IMG/VR virus record: IMGVR_UViG_3300036940_000066 | Coordinates: 1 to 28,904 of that record | Reading direction: 5' to 3' (one strand) | Source of the DNA: a virus | Lineage: Duplodnaviria > Caudoviricetes | DNA length: 28,904 bases | Part shown: piece after piece, positions 14,789 through 23,570 of the stretch | Layout: each line of letters opens with the position of its first letter | How positions within the stretch are numbered: the stretch's first letter is position 1 | Translations under genes and position numbers: made by a program | The notes under the pieces: generated by a model | What the model saw: the letters and a program-made list of their open reading frames with translations, nothing else | The model's database searches: none | What the model was told of the DNA's origin: nothing

Positions 14789-15142
14789 CTATACCACCCC
14801 TTCCTCATTAATCAAGATAACAAAATCAGCTGGAAATATAGGATATTCGGCAAAAGGCCTTCTATCATAGTTTATTTCTCCATCTATAATTCCTTTATAC
14901 CACTTACCATCAAATATAACTTTCAATGGCGTTGTAGTCCTCTTAGCTGAGTCTATTTTCTCTTTATCTGCTAATGTTAAGTTAACTTTAACTTCTAATA
15001 TAGTTCCAGCGGTACCTATCGTCTGAACATGCCAAGATCCATCTAATGTTCTATGTTTTATTTCCTCAAAGTCCGGCTTAGAAATAGCCGATTGTACTAA
15101 ATTTGTTATAAGAATATCATTGTTATCATATAATCCTATCAT
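14789..15142 (-). CDS. Small tail protein after the tape measure (distal-tail position)
   Basis: 117 aa with HRTLDGSWHVQTIG, directly downstream of the tape measure. Confidence 0.55.
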   Translation of the reverse strand: MIGLYDNNDILITNLVQSAISKPDFEEIKHRTLDGSWHVQTIGTAGTILEVKVNLTLADKEKIDSAKRTTTPLKVIFDGKWYKGIIDGEINYDRRPFAEYPIFPADFVILINEEGVV

Positions 15143-15152
15143 CAGCTACCTC

Positions 15153-18100
15153 CTAATCCATTCTATTATCTGAAGATAATTCTAACATCATTGTGTCTAG
15201 TATTTCATTTGTATCTATATCTTTTATATATAATTCTGCTTGACCTGTAATAGGTTTGTCTAGACCTAATTTCTTAAATGTATCTTCCATTGCACCTTTA
15301 AAGTCTACAGTTGGATCTTTCTTATTAGGTGTAGATATACCTGAAGCTTTAGAAGAGCTACCATTAACATTTAATAATCCATTAAACTTCCTTTCAGTAT
15401 CAACTATAAAGTTATCAACATTCGTACCATCAACTACAGGAGTTATTACAGGCTCTCCAAAGTCTAAAGAACCTCCTACATGAGCAGCTGTATCCTCTAT
15501 GGTTTTAGATATATTTTTACTAGCGTTCTCTCTATAGTTGTCCCAGTAGTCTTTTTTAGCTTCATTAACCTCCCAGGCATCAAACCATGCTTGTTTCTCA
15601 TCCCAGGTCATTTCATCTTCTATACTATCTTTCAGTTTTAAACCCTGACCTCCTATTTTTCTAAGAACCCAGTCTATACCCTTTATCATACCCATTCCTA
15701 CATTTTGCATAAAGGTATTTCCAACGTTAAAGAATTCATCCTCATCAGATCGTAAGGAATTTAATCCTGCTTCACTAACATTACCGAATTCGTCCTTAGT
15801 AGGGTTGAACATACTTTTTATTCCGCTCCATAAAGCCTTAAGTAATAACTTTCCAGCCTCAAACATAAACGGTATAGCTGATAGTAAAAGATTTAAAGCC
15901 ATTTCTATAAGTCTAAGTAATAAGTTATATATAGCATCTGTAAGTTGCTCGTGATTATTGTCTATTGCTGAGGCCATACCTTCTAAGAATGCTATTATCA
16001 TCTTCATACCTTCATCTACTAATCTAGGTATATTTTCCGTTATACCTTTCATAAAAGCAAGAATCATATCTACTGCTCTCTGTGTAAATTCTGGTATTTT
16101 TTCATTTATTATATCTAGTAATCTTAATATAAGTATAAGCATCGACTCTAATACTGGTGGCGTAACTCTAACTATTGTGTCAGCCATTGTTAATATAACA
16201 GCTATTAATCCTTCAGATATAGCAGGTGCAACTTGTGCTAATGAAGATATAAACGCTGCTAAGGCTTGAGGTATAACCTCGGCTAACCCTAAAGCCATTA
16301 TAGATATAGCTCCCATTAAAGCCGTAGCTCCAGCTACAGCAACTGTAACTAACGCCCCTAATGCGACACTTAATATAAGCAATCCTTTACCTGCTAATAT
16401 ACCAGCTGCTCCAAATAAAGCAAAAGCTGCTGCTAATACTAACAATCCAGGTCCTAAAGGAACTAATAACATAGCTGCTATGGTTAAAGCTGCTAAAGGT
16501 ACTAATATAGCAGTTAATCCTATAGCTAATTGTTTCCAAGAAAGATTACTTAATACCTTTATAGCTAACGATAATATTAATATTGCCGCAGACATTCCTA
16601 TTAATGCCGCCGCTACTCCTGCTACTCCTCCAGTCTTAGATATACTTGATAATACAGCGATAGCCGCAGTAAGTCCTGCTATCATAGCTGCTACAGAAAA
16701 TAATCCTTGTTTAAGAATATCAGGATCCATCTCTCCAAGTATTTTTATTGGTACTATTAATAACATAAGTGCTATAGCCATAGAGGTTAGTGTGTTGGAT
16801 GCTTTCTTAACGTTTCCAGACCCCATTACTCTAACAGCTAAAGCTAATCCTCCTATTAAAGCTCCTACAGTTAATAATCCCTGAGTAAGTGTTGCAATAT
16901 CCATCTGTCCAAATAATCGTACGGAAGCATATAATAATAGTAAAGATATAGCCAAAGCAGTTATTGTTTTAGCTTCAGTCTTTAATTTATCTATTTTAGA
17001 ATATTTTATAAATGCTGCTACTGCACCTAAAACTGCTCCAAGTGACATTATACCTTTAGCTAATTCTCCTATAGACATTTTAGAGAATATTTCTATAGAT
17101 TTAGCAAGTTTCTTAACAGCAGTTGCAAATATAAGAATACCTATAGCGGAAGTGATCATATCTTTTCCGCCTATACCCTTCATTGCTTTAGCCGCTAATG
17201 CTAGACCTCCTATTAATGTTATTAAACTAATTAACGCAGGCCATGTTTCATCCCATGTTTGAAACTCTTTAAGACGATCCATAGCTTTAGCTAGTACTAA
17301 TATAGCAGCTGAGAATATAAGCATACTTAAAGCCGCTCCACCAACACCTTTTAGTGTAAGTTTGTCTAGTATAGCCATAGCGCCTATTACTTCACCCAAC
17401 AATATAGATAATCCTATCATTCCAGCTTTAATTTTCTCAGGATCTACTAAAGTTAAAAGGAATAAAGAACCTGCTAATATAGCAACAGCAACCGCAATGT
17501 TTTTAAGAGCTTTAGCATTAAGGTCTCTTTGATATCCTTTAAGAACTCCCCCAACATTTTCTAATATATCAGCTACTCCATCCATCATATCGTCTAGATT
17601 ATTAACTAGATTATGTATCTTTTTAAATAAAGTTATTATTATAGTAGCTGCTCCAGCTATCATACCAGTGCCTAATACGTCCGTAAAAGTAACGTCTTCC
17701 CATGCTTCTTTTAGTTCTGGACCAATAGGGTCAAAGAATTTCTTTATACCACTACCTATACTTTTAACTCCATCTTTTATTTTATTTATTACATCTCCAA
17801 AGAAGTCTAAACCTGAAGAAAGTTTTCCGGTTATAGTATCTTTAAGTTGAACTAATTCATTATTAAAATTCTTAACTCCTTCAGACGCTAAATCTAAATC
17901 ACCTGTGGTTTCAGGTAAACCAGGAAGTTCAAACTTAAACTTAGAAGTTACCCCTCTTATAAATTCTTGTATCCTATCATGAATCTTCTGTAATTTATCT
18001 GCAAAGTTTGTTGATATCTTTAATGTATCATTAAAGTTTGTTATAGCTTGTCCCCAATGAGCAAACATATCTAATACAAACTCACCTAATACTCCTAAAG

Positions 18101-19478
18101 TGCCAAGTCCTGGTTTAGAAACGTCAAAGAGCCATTTTATACCCTTACCTAATAGATCTATTGCTGAGAACATACCTTTAAAGACCGCTTTAACGCTTTC
18201 TAAAGTAGATTCTTCCATTTTGAAGCTCTTCATCAACTCTTTAAACTTTAAAGTCAAATCATAAAGGTTTTGACCAGTCATTGCTGGAAATACTTCTCTA
18301 AACGCTTCTTTTATAGGAGCTATGTTATGAAGTAAACTCTCAAACCCTATTGAGAATGCTTCTATTAATTCAGTTCTACCTCCTAAGTCCTTCCAATCTT
18401 TAAGAATCGCATTTCTAGCATCTGCTGATGCATCTATAAAACCACCAATAGCATTACTAACTCCTAATAGCATTTCTTTAGCTTCTTCGAAGTCACCGAC
18501 TATTAATTCCCACGATTGAGCCCATCCTGATTGTGCTGCTTCCTTCAACGTATCGTATAGTTGAGTGAAAGTTTTAATATCTTGAGCTGAAGCAAAAGCT
18601 TTCTTACCTATATCAGTTGTTTCATCTGCATACTTTTTAAGAGTATTTACAAGAACGTCCGTAGTCATCCATTGATCCTGAAGAACATCATTAAATCCTT
18701 TAGTAGCATTAAATAGATTTCCTTCTAGTGTTTGATACATCCCATCGCCAGCATCAGCAATAGTACCAGATGCAAGAGCGGCTTCTATTAGTTGCTCTTT
18801 AAATTCCACAGTCGCCATATTGGCGTTCTCTATAGATTTCCAGTCTATAAGTTTAACATACCCAGATGATAATGCCTGAGCAAAGTTATACATAGCTCTA
18901 GAAGCTTCTTCTGAATTCGCACCAGCTACAGCAGCAACATTACTAACACCTTGAATAGCTTTGACTGAAGTATCTAGGTCTACACCTGCATTAGTAAATT
19001 TACCAATGTTCTGAGTCATATCAGCAAAAGAGTATATAGTCTTATCCGAATACTCATTCAACTTAGCTAGATATTCATTAACTGTTTCTAAGTCTTCTCC
19101 TGTACTAGCCATAATAGTCTGTATAGAACCCATCTTTAATTCGTATTCATTAAAACCTGTAGTAACAGGGTCTATAGTTAAAGCTGATACTATTCTTTTT
19201 CCTGCATTAATTGCCGAATTAGTTATGTTCTGGAGGGCTGTAACACCTATTATACCTAGAGTACTAAATCTACTAGCTATTTGGTCAACACCGGCTCCTA
19301 TTCCTCCTAAAGAGAACGAACGTCCCGCGCTTTCCAGATTGTTTAAACCTTTAGCTGCTCCATCTAAATCTAAACCTTTTTTAAGACGTCCTAACGACTC
19401 TAAAGTTTCTTTTACGCCTCTCTCAAACTGTTCGTTTTCAAACCGCATCTTAACAATACGTTCATCGGTTTTACTCAT
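15153..19478 (-). CDS. Tape measure protein
   Basis: 1441 aa, Ala/Gly/Leu-rich and helical, with an N-terminal tape-measure motif (LNEYSDKTIYSFADMT) and internal hydrophobic repeats of about 50 aa. Confidence 0.95.
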   Translation of the reverse strand: MSKTDERIVKMRFENEQFERGVKETLESLGRLKKGLDLDGAAKGLNNLESAGRSFSLGGIGAGVDQIASRFSTLGIIGVTALQNITNSAINAGKRIVSALTIDPVTTGFNEYELKMGSIQTIMASTGEDLETVNEYLAKLNEYSDKTIYSFADMTQNIGKFTNAGVDLDTSVKAIQGVSNVAAVAGANSEEASRAMYNFAQALSSGYVKLIDWKSIENANMATVEFKEQLIEAALASGTIADAGDGMYQTLEGNLFNATKGFNDVLQDQWMTTDVLVNTLKKYADETTDIGKKAFASAQDIKTFTQLYDTLKEAAQSGWAQSWELIVGDFEEAKEMLLGVSNAIGGFIDASADARNAILKDWKDLGGRTELIEAFSIGFESLLHNIAPIKEAFREVFPAMTGQNLYDLTLKFKELMKSFKMEESTLESVKAVFKGMFSAIDLLGKGIKWLFDVSKPGLGTLGVLGEFVLDMFAHWGQAITNFNDTLKISTNFADKLQKIHDRIQEFIRGVTSKFKFELPGLPETTGDLDLASEGVKNFNNELVQLKDTITGKLSSGLDFFGDVINKIKDGVKSIGSGIKKFFDPIGPELKEAWEDVTFTDVLGTGMIAGAATIIITLFKKIHNLVNNLDDMMDGVADILENVGGVLKGYQRDLNAKALKNIAVAVAILAGSLFLLTLVDPEKIKAGMIGLSILLGEVIGAMAILDKLTLKGVGGAALSMLIFSAAILVLAKAMDRLKEFQTWDETWPALISLITLIGGLALAAKAMKGIGGKDMITSAIGILIFATAVKKLAKSIEIFSKMSIGELAKGIMSLGAVLGAVAAFIKYSKIDKLKTEAKTITALAISLLLLYASVRLFGQMDIATLTQGLLTVGALIGGLALAVRVMGSGNVKKASNTLTSMAIALMLLIVPIKILGEMDPDILKQGLFSVAAMIAGLTAAIAVLSSISKTGGVAGVAAALIGMSAAILILSLAIKVLSNLSWKQLAIGLTAILVPLAALTIAAMLLVPLGPGLLVLAAAFALFGAAGILAGKGLLILSVALGALVTVAVAGATALMGAISIMALGLAEVIPQALAAFISSLAQVAPAISEGLIAVILTMADTIVRVTPPVLESMLILILRLLDIINEKIPEFTQRAVDMILAFMKGITENIPRLVDEGMKMIIAFLEGMASAIDNNHEQLTDAIYNLLLRLIEMALNLLLSAIPFMFEAGKLLLKALWSGIKSMFNPTKDEFGNVSEAGLNSLRSDEDEFFNVGNTFMQNVGMGMIKGIDWVLRKIGGQGLKLKDSIEDEMTWDEKQAWFDAWEVNEAKKDYWDNYRENASKNISKTIEDTAAHVGGSLDFGEPVITPVVDGTNVDNFIVDTERKFNGLLNVNGSSSKASGISTPNKKDPTVDFKGAMEDTFKKLGLDKPITGQAELYIKDIDTNEILDTMMLELSSDNRMD

Positions 19479-19852
19479 AATCTTCTAACCTCCTTCCATA
19501 TATTATCGGCAATTTTATCAAATATCGGTTGTATAGCAGGATTTATAAAGTCTCTACCTTCTATGTAACCTCCGTTCTTTGTAGCGTGTCCGTATTGTAT
19601 AAGTATAACTATAGGTACACCGTCCTCTATATTAGAGTTAGTCCAATATAGACCAGCTTTACCTTTTTCGTTTACTATCTCGTAATCCCATGCATGTGCT
19701 GTTTCGGCTGTATCTTTCGGAGTTGCTTCAGATAGAGCTATAACTCCTTCTAATCCATATTTGTCTAAATTTCTAAGAAAATCTCTTTTTTGTAAGGAGT
19801 TTAAAAACTTTTCTGTCTTTTTAAAATTACCTTTGTGTTCAAAATATACCAT
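19475..19852 (-). CDS. HK97 gp10-like tail/neck component
   Basis: ATPKDT.ETA..W...IQYGHAT..GGYIEGRDFINPAI pattern. Confidence 0.7.
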   Translation of the reverse strand: MVYFEHKGNFKKTEKFLNSLQKRDFLRNLDKYGLEGVIALSEATPKDTAETAHAWDYEIVNEKGKAGLYWTNSNIEDGVPIVILIQYGHATKNGGYIEGRDFINPAIQPIFDKIADNIWKEVRRL

Positions 19853-19873
19853 GTAGGTATCACCCCTATCATA

Positions 19874-20143
19874 TTAATCGCAGTCTTGTCCGTGTCTATA
19901 TTTTTTCTTTGTACTTGTCGCATCTGTCTTATCTAACCAGTCATTATTCTTAGCTAAATTCTCAAATAAAGATTTAAGACAATAAATAAGAACAACTGCA
20001 ATTATTTGTGTTACTGCTACTTTTGATAAATCTTCCGCTATTTCATATCGTCCTAAGTAAGCTAGAAAATATGAACACCATACCCATAGAACACCATTTA
20101 TTAAACAGAATGTGACTATTTTTTTAGAGGTAGAACGTTTCAT
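19874..20143 (-). CDS. Two-TM membrane protein coupled to the amidase (possible second holin)
   Basis: Two hydrophobic segments and a charged C-terminus. ATGA overlap with the amidase. Confidence 0.6.
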   Translation of the reverse strand: MKRSTSKKIVTFCLINGVLWVWCSYFLAYLGRYEIAEDLSKVAVTQIIAVVLIYCLKSLFENLAKNNDWLDKTDATSTKKKYRHGQDCD

Positions 20144-20952
20144 CGTCCACCACTTCGCATATTTTTACTATTAATTTCTTTTAATATCAAATCATAAATA
20201 CGCTTTAAGAATATAACATTCTGTTCTCTTGTTACAAAACTTTTATACTGTAAATTACCTTTAGTGTCTCCAATTATAATTTTATGGAACTCAGCCCATT
20301 CTTTCTCTTCAACGCCCCAATCCTTTGAGGGTTTTTTCTCTTTTCTTTGTTTTAAATATACTTCCATCATCTCATTAAATTGTTCTTGAGTCACTTCATC
20401 CTCTCCCCTCACATCAAGTTTAAAATTATTCCACATTATATTACCCGTAGTATTATAATATTTATTTATATCATCGCCCATAAAAGGTCTAGGACAATAT
20501 TTGCCTGTAACGTCATGATGTCTTATAACATGATCATAAGGAATATCATACTTATCAATTAAATATCTTGCTAGTTTGATACTATTGTCTATAACTTCTT
20601 GTTCGAAATACCAATCTTTATCACTAGCATAAATACGATGTTTATTAATCTTGTTAGGACGCATCTCTATAGATAATGAATTAAAATTAGTACATATACC
20701 TTTAAATGGACCGTCTTTATCTCTATCATCCCCACAATGCCATGCTATATCCTTATCTTCTACACACTGCCATATCTCTTTCTCATCTACAAAATAATGT
20801 GCTGAGGCTTCTCTATACACATCTTTAAAGTAATTAGTATTCTTTCTAGCCGTTCCGAAAGCTCCAAAGTAATGCATTACTAAAAATTCTATAGGTCTTT
20901 TATGGTTATATATAGTTCTGTTCGTATTAGTTATGTTTCTTCTTATCTCCAT
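20140..20952 (-). CDS. N-acetylmuramoyl-L-alanine amidase (Amidase_2) endolysin with a C-terminal SLH-like motif
   Basis: VMHY...ASAHYFVD...AWHCG...SLSIE...VIRHHDVTGKYCP, then W...EWA...IIIGD..G.......VTREQ....LKR. Confidence 0.9.
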   Translation of the reverse strand: MEIRRNITNTNRTIYNHKRPIEFLVMHYFGAFGTARKNTNYFKDVYREASAHYFVDEKEIWQCVEDKDIAWHCGDDRDKDGPFKGICTNFNSLSIEMRPNKINKHRIYASDKDWYFEQEVIDNSIKLARYLIDKYDIPYDHVIRHHDVTGKYCPRPFMGDDINKYYNTTGNIMWNNFKLDVRGEDEVTQEQFNEMMEVYLKQRKEKKPSKDWGVEEKEWAEFHKIIIGDTKGNLQYKSFVTREQNVIFLKRIYDLILKEINSKNMRSGGR

Positions 20953-20956
20953 CAGA

Positions 20957-21499
20957 TCACCCCTTAGTGCCTAAAGCTTTTCTTCTTTGAGCATTTAAAC
21001 TCTTGTTACGAATAGCAAGATCTTTTCTACTCATTTTCTTTTTGTTAGGTTGATTCTTTATGTTACATACATTTATTAACGTTAATAATTTATTTAGATG
21101 CCATTTCTGACATTCAAATGGTACATTTAATGCTATCATCCAATAGTAAATTAATTCGGCAGTTACTACTTCTTTTCTAGATCCTTTCTCAAGATTAGAA
21201 AATGTAGTCGCTGTCATATCATCATCTATGTATTCGTTTACTTTATCTATTATAGAGTCAGTGATACAAAAATAAACGTCATCGTCTACATTCTGAGTTA
21301 TAGTCATACATTTTATATAATCAATAGTCTCTTCTACACTCTTACTATCGTTACTTAAGAATGGTTTCTTCCATTTTGATTCCCATTTAGATAGGGAGAT
21401 TAGAGAATGTTCTAACTTTAACGTTCTTTCTTTTGTATCTCTGAATTCCTCTAAAATAGGATCCCATAATTCTTGTGACGGAATTGTTATCTCTAACAT
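20957..21499 (-). CDS. Conserved tail-module protein (probable tail assembly chaperone partner)
   Basis: 180 aa, own RBS, second gene after the major tail gene. Confidence 0.55.
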   Translation of the reverse strand: MLEITIPSQELWDPILEEFRDTKERTLKLEHSLISLSKWESKWKKPFLSNDSKSVEETIDYIKCMTITQNVDDDVYFCITDSIIDKVNEYIDDDMTATTFSNLEKGSRKEVVTAELIYYWMIALNVPFECQKWHLNKLLTLINVCNIKNQPNKKKMSRKDLAIRNKSLNAQRRKALGTKG

Positions 21500-21516
21500 C
21501 TCTAACCTCCTTACTA

Positions 21517-21909
21517 TTATTTAGCGTTCGGATTAGTATTAGGTTGTTTTTTAGGTTTAGGAACTATCCCATTAACAAAATCCGCCGCAGCTTTATCACT
21601 ACTAGCTAATTCCATGAATAGTTTACTGTAAGCTTCTGTATGTAGGAAGTCGTCTCTGATTTCTTGGTTCTTAATGAACTTTCTACCATCATCAGACTTT
21701 CTACCATGAGCTCTAAGTATTAGGTCTTTGAAAATTTCAACAATCTTTTCTTGATCTTTCTCTTTTACTATTCTTTGTATCATAGTGGTTATACCTCCGT
21801 TATGGCTCATTTCCATTTCCATAACTTCAGCTTCTGAAAGATTAAAATAAAAATCTTCCTCTCTTTCTACTCCATTGTAATCGTTAAATTTTATAGTTTT
21901 CTTTAACAT
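21517..21909 (-). CDS. Probable tail assembly chaperone
   Basis: 130 aa immediately after the major tail gene. Confidence 0.65.
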   Translation of the reverse strand: MLKKTIKFNDYNGVEREEDFYFNLSEAEVMEMEMSHNGGITTMIQRIVKEKDQEKIVEIFKDLILRAHGRKSDDGRKFIKNQEIRDDFLHTEAYSKLFMELASSDKAAADFVNGIVPKPKKQPNTNPNAK

Positions 21910-21933
21910 ATTAAACTCCTTTCGTTTTTGTTA

Positions 21934-21954
21934 GAGCCCCCGTTAAGAGGGCTC
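21934..21954 (-). other. GC-rich stem-loop after the major tail gene (no U-tract)
   Basis: GAGCCCTC-ttaac-GGGGGCTC followed by TAACAAAAAC. Confidence 0.6.
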
Positions 21955-21960
21955 ATAGAA

Positions 21961-22926
21961 TTAAAGTGCTACAGTTGTGAAGTTAATTGTTTCTGTAGCT
22001 AATGCTTGAGAATAAACGTCAACTACACCTGCAACCGTAACAATATAAGTAACATTATTGTCTAGGTTACTAGAAGGTGTAAGTGTAAGAACTTTAGATT
22101 CAGAATCCCAAGATTTAGCGAAAGCAACAGGATCTCCAAGCTCATCTACCATACTTATAGATTCAGACATTATAGCGTTATTGAATGTAAGAACTACTGT
22201 TGAGTCTATAGCTACATCAGTAGCTTCGTCAACTGGTACGGATGAAGATAGAGCTACGGCAGAAGGCGCGTCAGACTCTATTATACTTAATACTTCATCA
22301 GGTAATGGTAATCTTCCTTCCACTGCGTCAACCCCGTATAATATAGCTTCTAAGGCTGCTAACTTAGCAGAATCTACTTTAGTAGAATCAATAACTACTA
22401 TTGCTGATGGTTTCATACCTTCTATCTCTACAGGAGTTGTTGTATAGTCCCAAGAGAAAGTTACAGCTTCTGGTGAATCGTTTATAGTCTTATAAGATTT
22501 TTCTGAAGGTGCGGCTAAAGCTCCATATAATAAATGTAACTTATAGCCATGATCTTCACCATCAACGTCATTACCAATCTTAGTTCTATAAGCAAGACCA
22601 AACGTCTTTCTAGGTTGTTGTCCTACTAGAACTCCAGTTGTGAGTTCCGCTGTACCGTCACATTCTGAAAATTCATCGGGGTAAGTATAAGCTTCGATTG
22701 TTCCTTCTGACTCTTCAACAGATAATAGATTTAGATACTTAATATTATCTGCGTATATAGGATTAGGTTCTGCTCCAGTTGGATTTTCTGAAACATTAGT
22801 TAATCCATTCCAAGCTACTCCGTGTTTATAGCTTCCATCAACTTGTTTTCTATAGAGTACCCCTCTATCAACGCCGGTTTCATAAAATCTCTTACCGGTT
22901 TCGTCCCAATTAATATTTCTAGGCAT
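21961..22926 (-). CDS. Major tail protein with a C-terminal Ig-like (Big_5-type) domain
   Basis: YETGVDRGVLY...WNGL...IYADNIKY...IEAYTYPDEF pattern. C-terminal SSVPVDEATDVAID...LTFN...LTLTP..NL....TYIVTV. Confidence 0.9.
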   Translation of the reverse strand: MPRNINWDETGKRFYETGVDRGVLYRKQVDGSYKHGVAWNGLTNVSENPTGAEPNPIYADNIKYLNLLSVEESEGTIEAYTYPDEFSECDGTAELTTGVLVGQQPRKTFGLAYRTKIGNDVDGEDHGYKLHLLYGALAAPSEKSYKTINDSPEAVTFSWDYTTTPVEIEGMKPSAIVVIDSTKVDSAKLAALEAILYGVDAVEGRLPLPDEVLSIIESDAPSAVALSSSVPVDEATDVAIDSTVVLTFNNAIMSESISMVDELGDPVAFAKSWDSESKVLTLTPSSNLDNNVTYIVTVAGVVDVYSQALATETINFTTVAL

Positions 22927-22940
22927 ATTGTTTCCTCCTT

Positions 22941-23246
22941 TTAATAATATATATTATAAACATCATGATTTAAATTATTCTTAGTATAAGCCGTACTAAA
23001 AGAACTATATGGTAATTTAGCAACTTTATCGGGTATTATACTATCTGGATTTCTATCGATTATTATTACTGTGTATCTCTTTCTTCGCTTATACGGACAA
23101 TTATCCGCATATTCGACATTATCAGCTGTTCGTCTATACACAATACAAGGATATTCTAAAGTAACAGTAGGAGGTGGTTGAAAATATACATGATCAGAAC
23201 CTAATGTTATTTCCAAAAGCGATTGTAAATCAAGTCGTGTCCCCAT
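22941..23246 (-). CDS. Tail terminator/completion protein
   Basis: HVYFQPP....LEYPCIVY motif, just upstream of the major tail gene. Confidence 0.7.
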   Translation of the reverse strand: MGTRLDLQSLLEITLGSDHVYFQPPPTVTLEYPCIVYRRTADNVEYADNCPYKRRKRYTVIIIDRNPDSIIPDKVAKLPYSSFSTAYTKNNLNHDVYNIYY

Positions 23247-23553
23247 TATACACCCCTCCTATAGTTAAAATAAGACGAGGCCTCTGTACTTCTATGTTAG
23301 TTATTTTCCATTTAGCCCCGTACCATTCAATATATCTCATATTATGAAAATGTTGATAGGCGTATGGATCAGCTAATATACTTATTTTGTTGTTAATATT
23401 TAAATTGTCATTTAACCCTTCTCCTGCCTGCCAACGTCTAGTATTTCTGATAACATCACCAGTGTATTTCTTTTCGGTTAATTCTTCTTCCCATACTCCA
23501 GGCGAAGTTTGTACTAATTGTGCATATCCTACTGTTCCATAATATTTAGCCAT
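23230..23553 (-). CDS. Head-tail joining (stopper/head-closure) protein
   Basis: 107 aa beta-rich protein after the capsid gene, YIEWYGAKWKITNIE. Confidence 0.7.
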   Translation of the reverse strand: MAKYYGTVGYAQLVQTSPGVWEEELTEKKYTGDVIRNTRRWQAGEGLNDNLNINNKISILADPYAYQHFHNMRYIEWYGAKWKITNIEVQRPRLILTIGGVYNGDTT

Positions 23554-23570
23554 ATCAAACTCCTATTTTT

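Noticed and set aside
20957-21909. Programmed frameshift joining the two tail chaperone genes
   Set aside because: No clear XXXYYYZ slippery site seen near the end of 21517..21909, and the second gene has its own AAGGAGG RBS.
1178-22447. Plus-strand ORFs of the track (1178, 3706, 4741, 5544, 6778, 12002, 13974, 15256, 15958, 16480, 17668, 19225, 20380, 22058)
   Set aside because: All lie antisense to better-supported minus-strand genes, mostly start at non-ATG codons, and have shadow-ORF composition.
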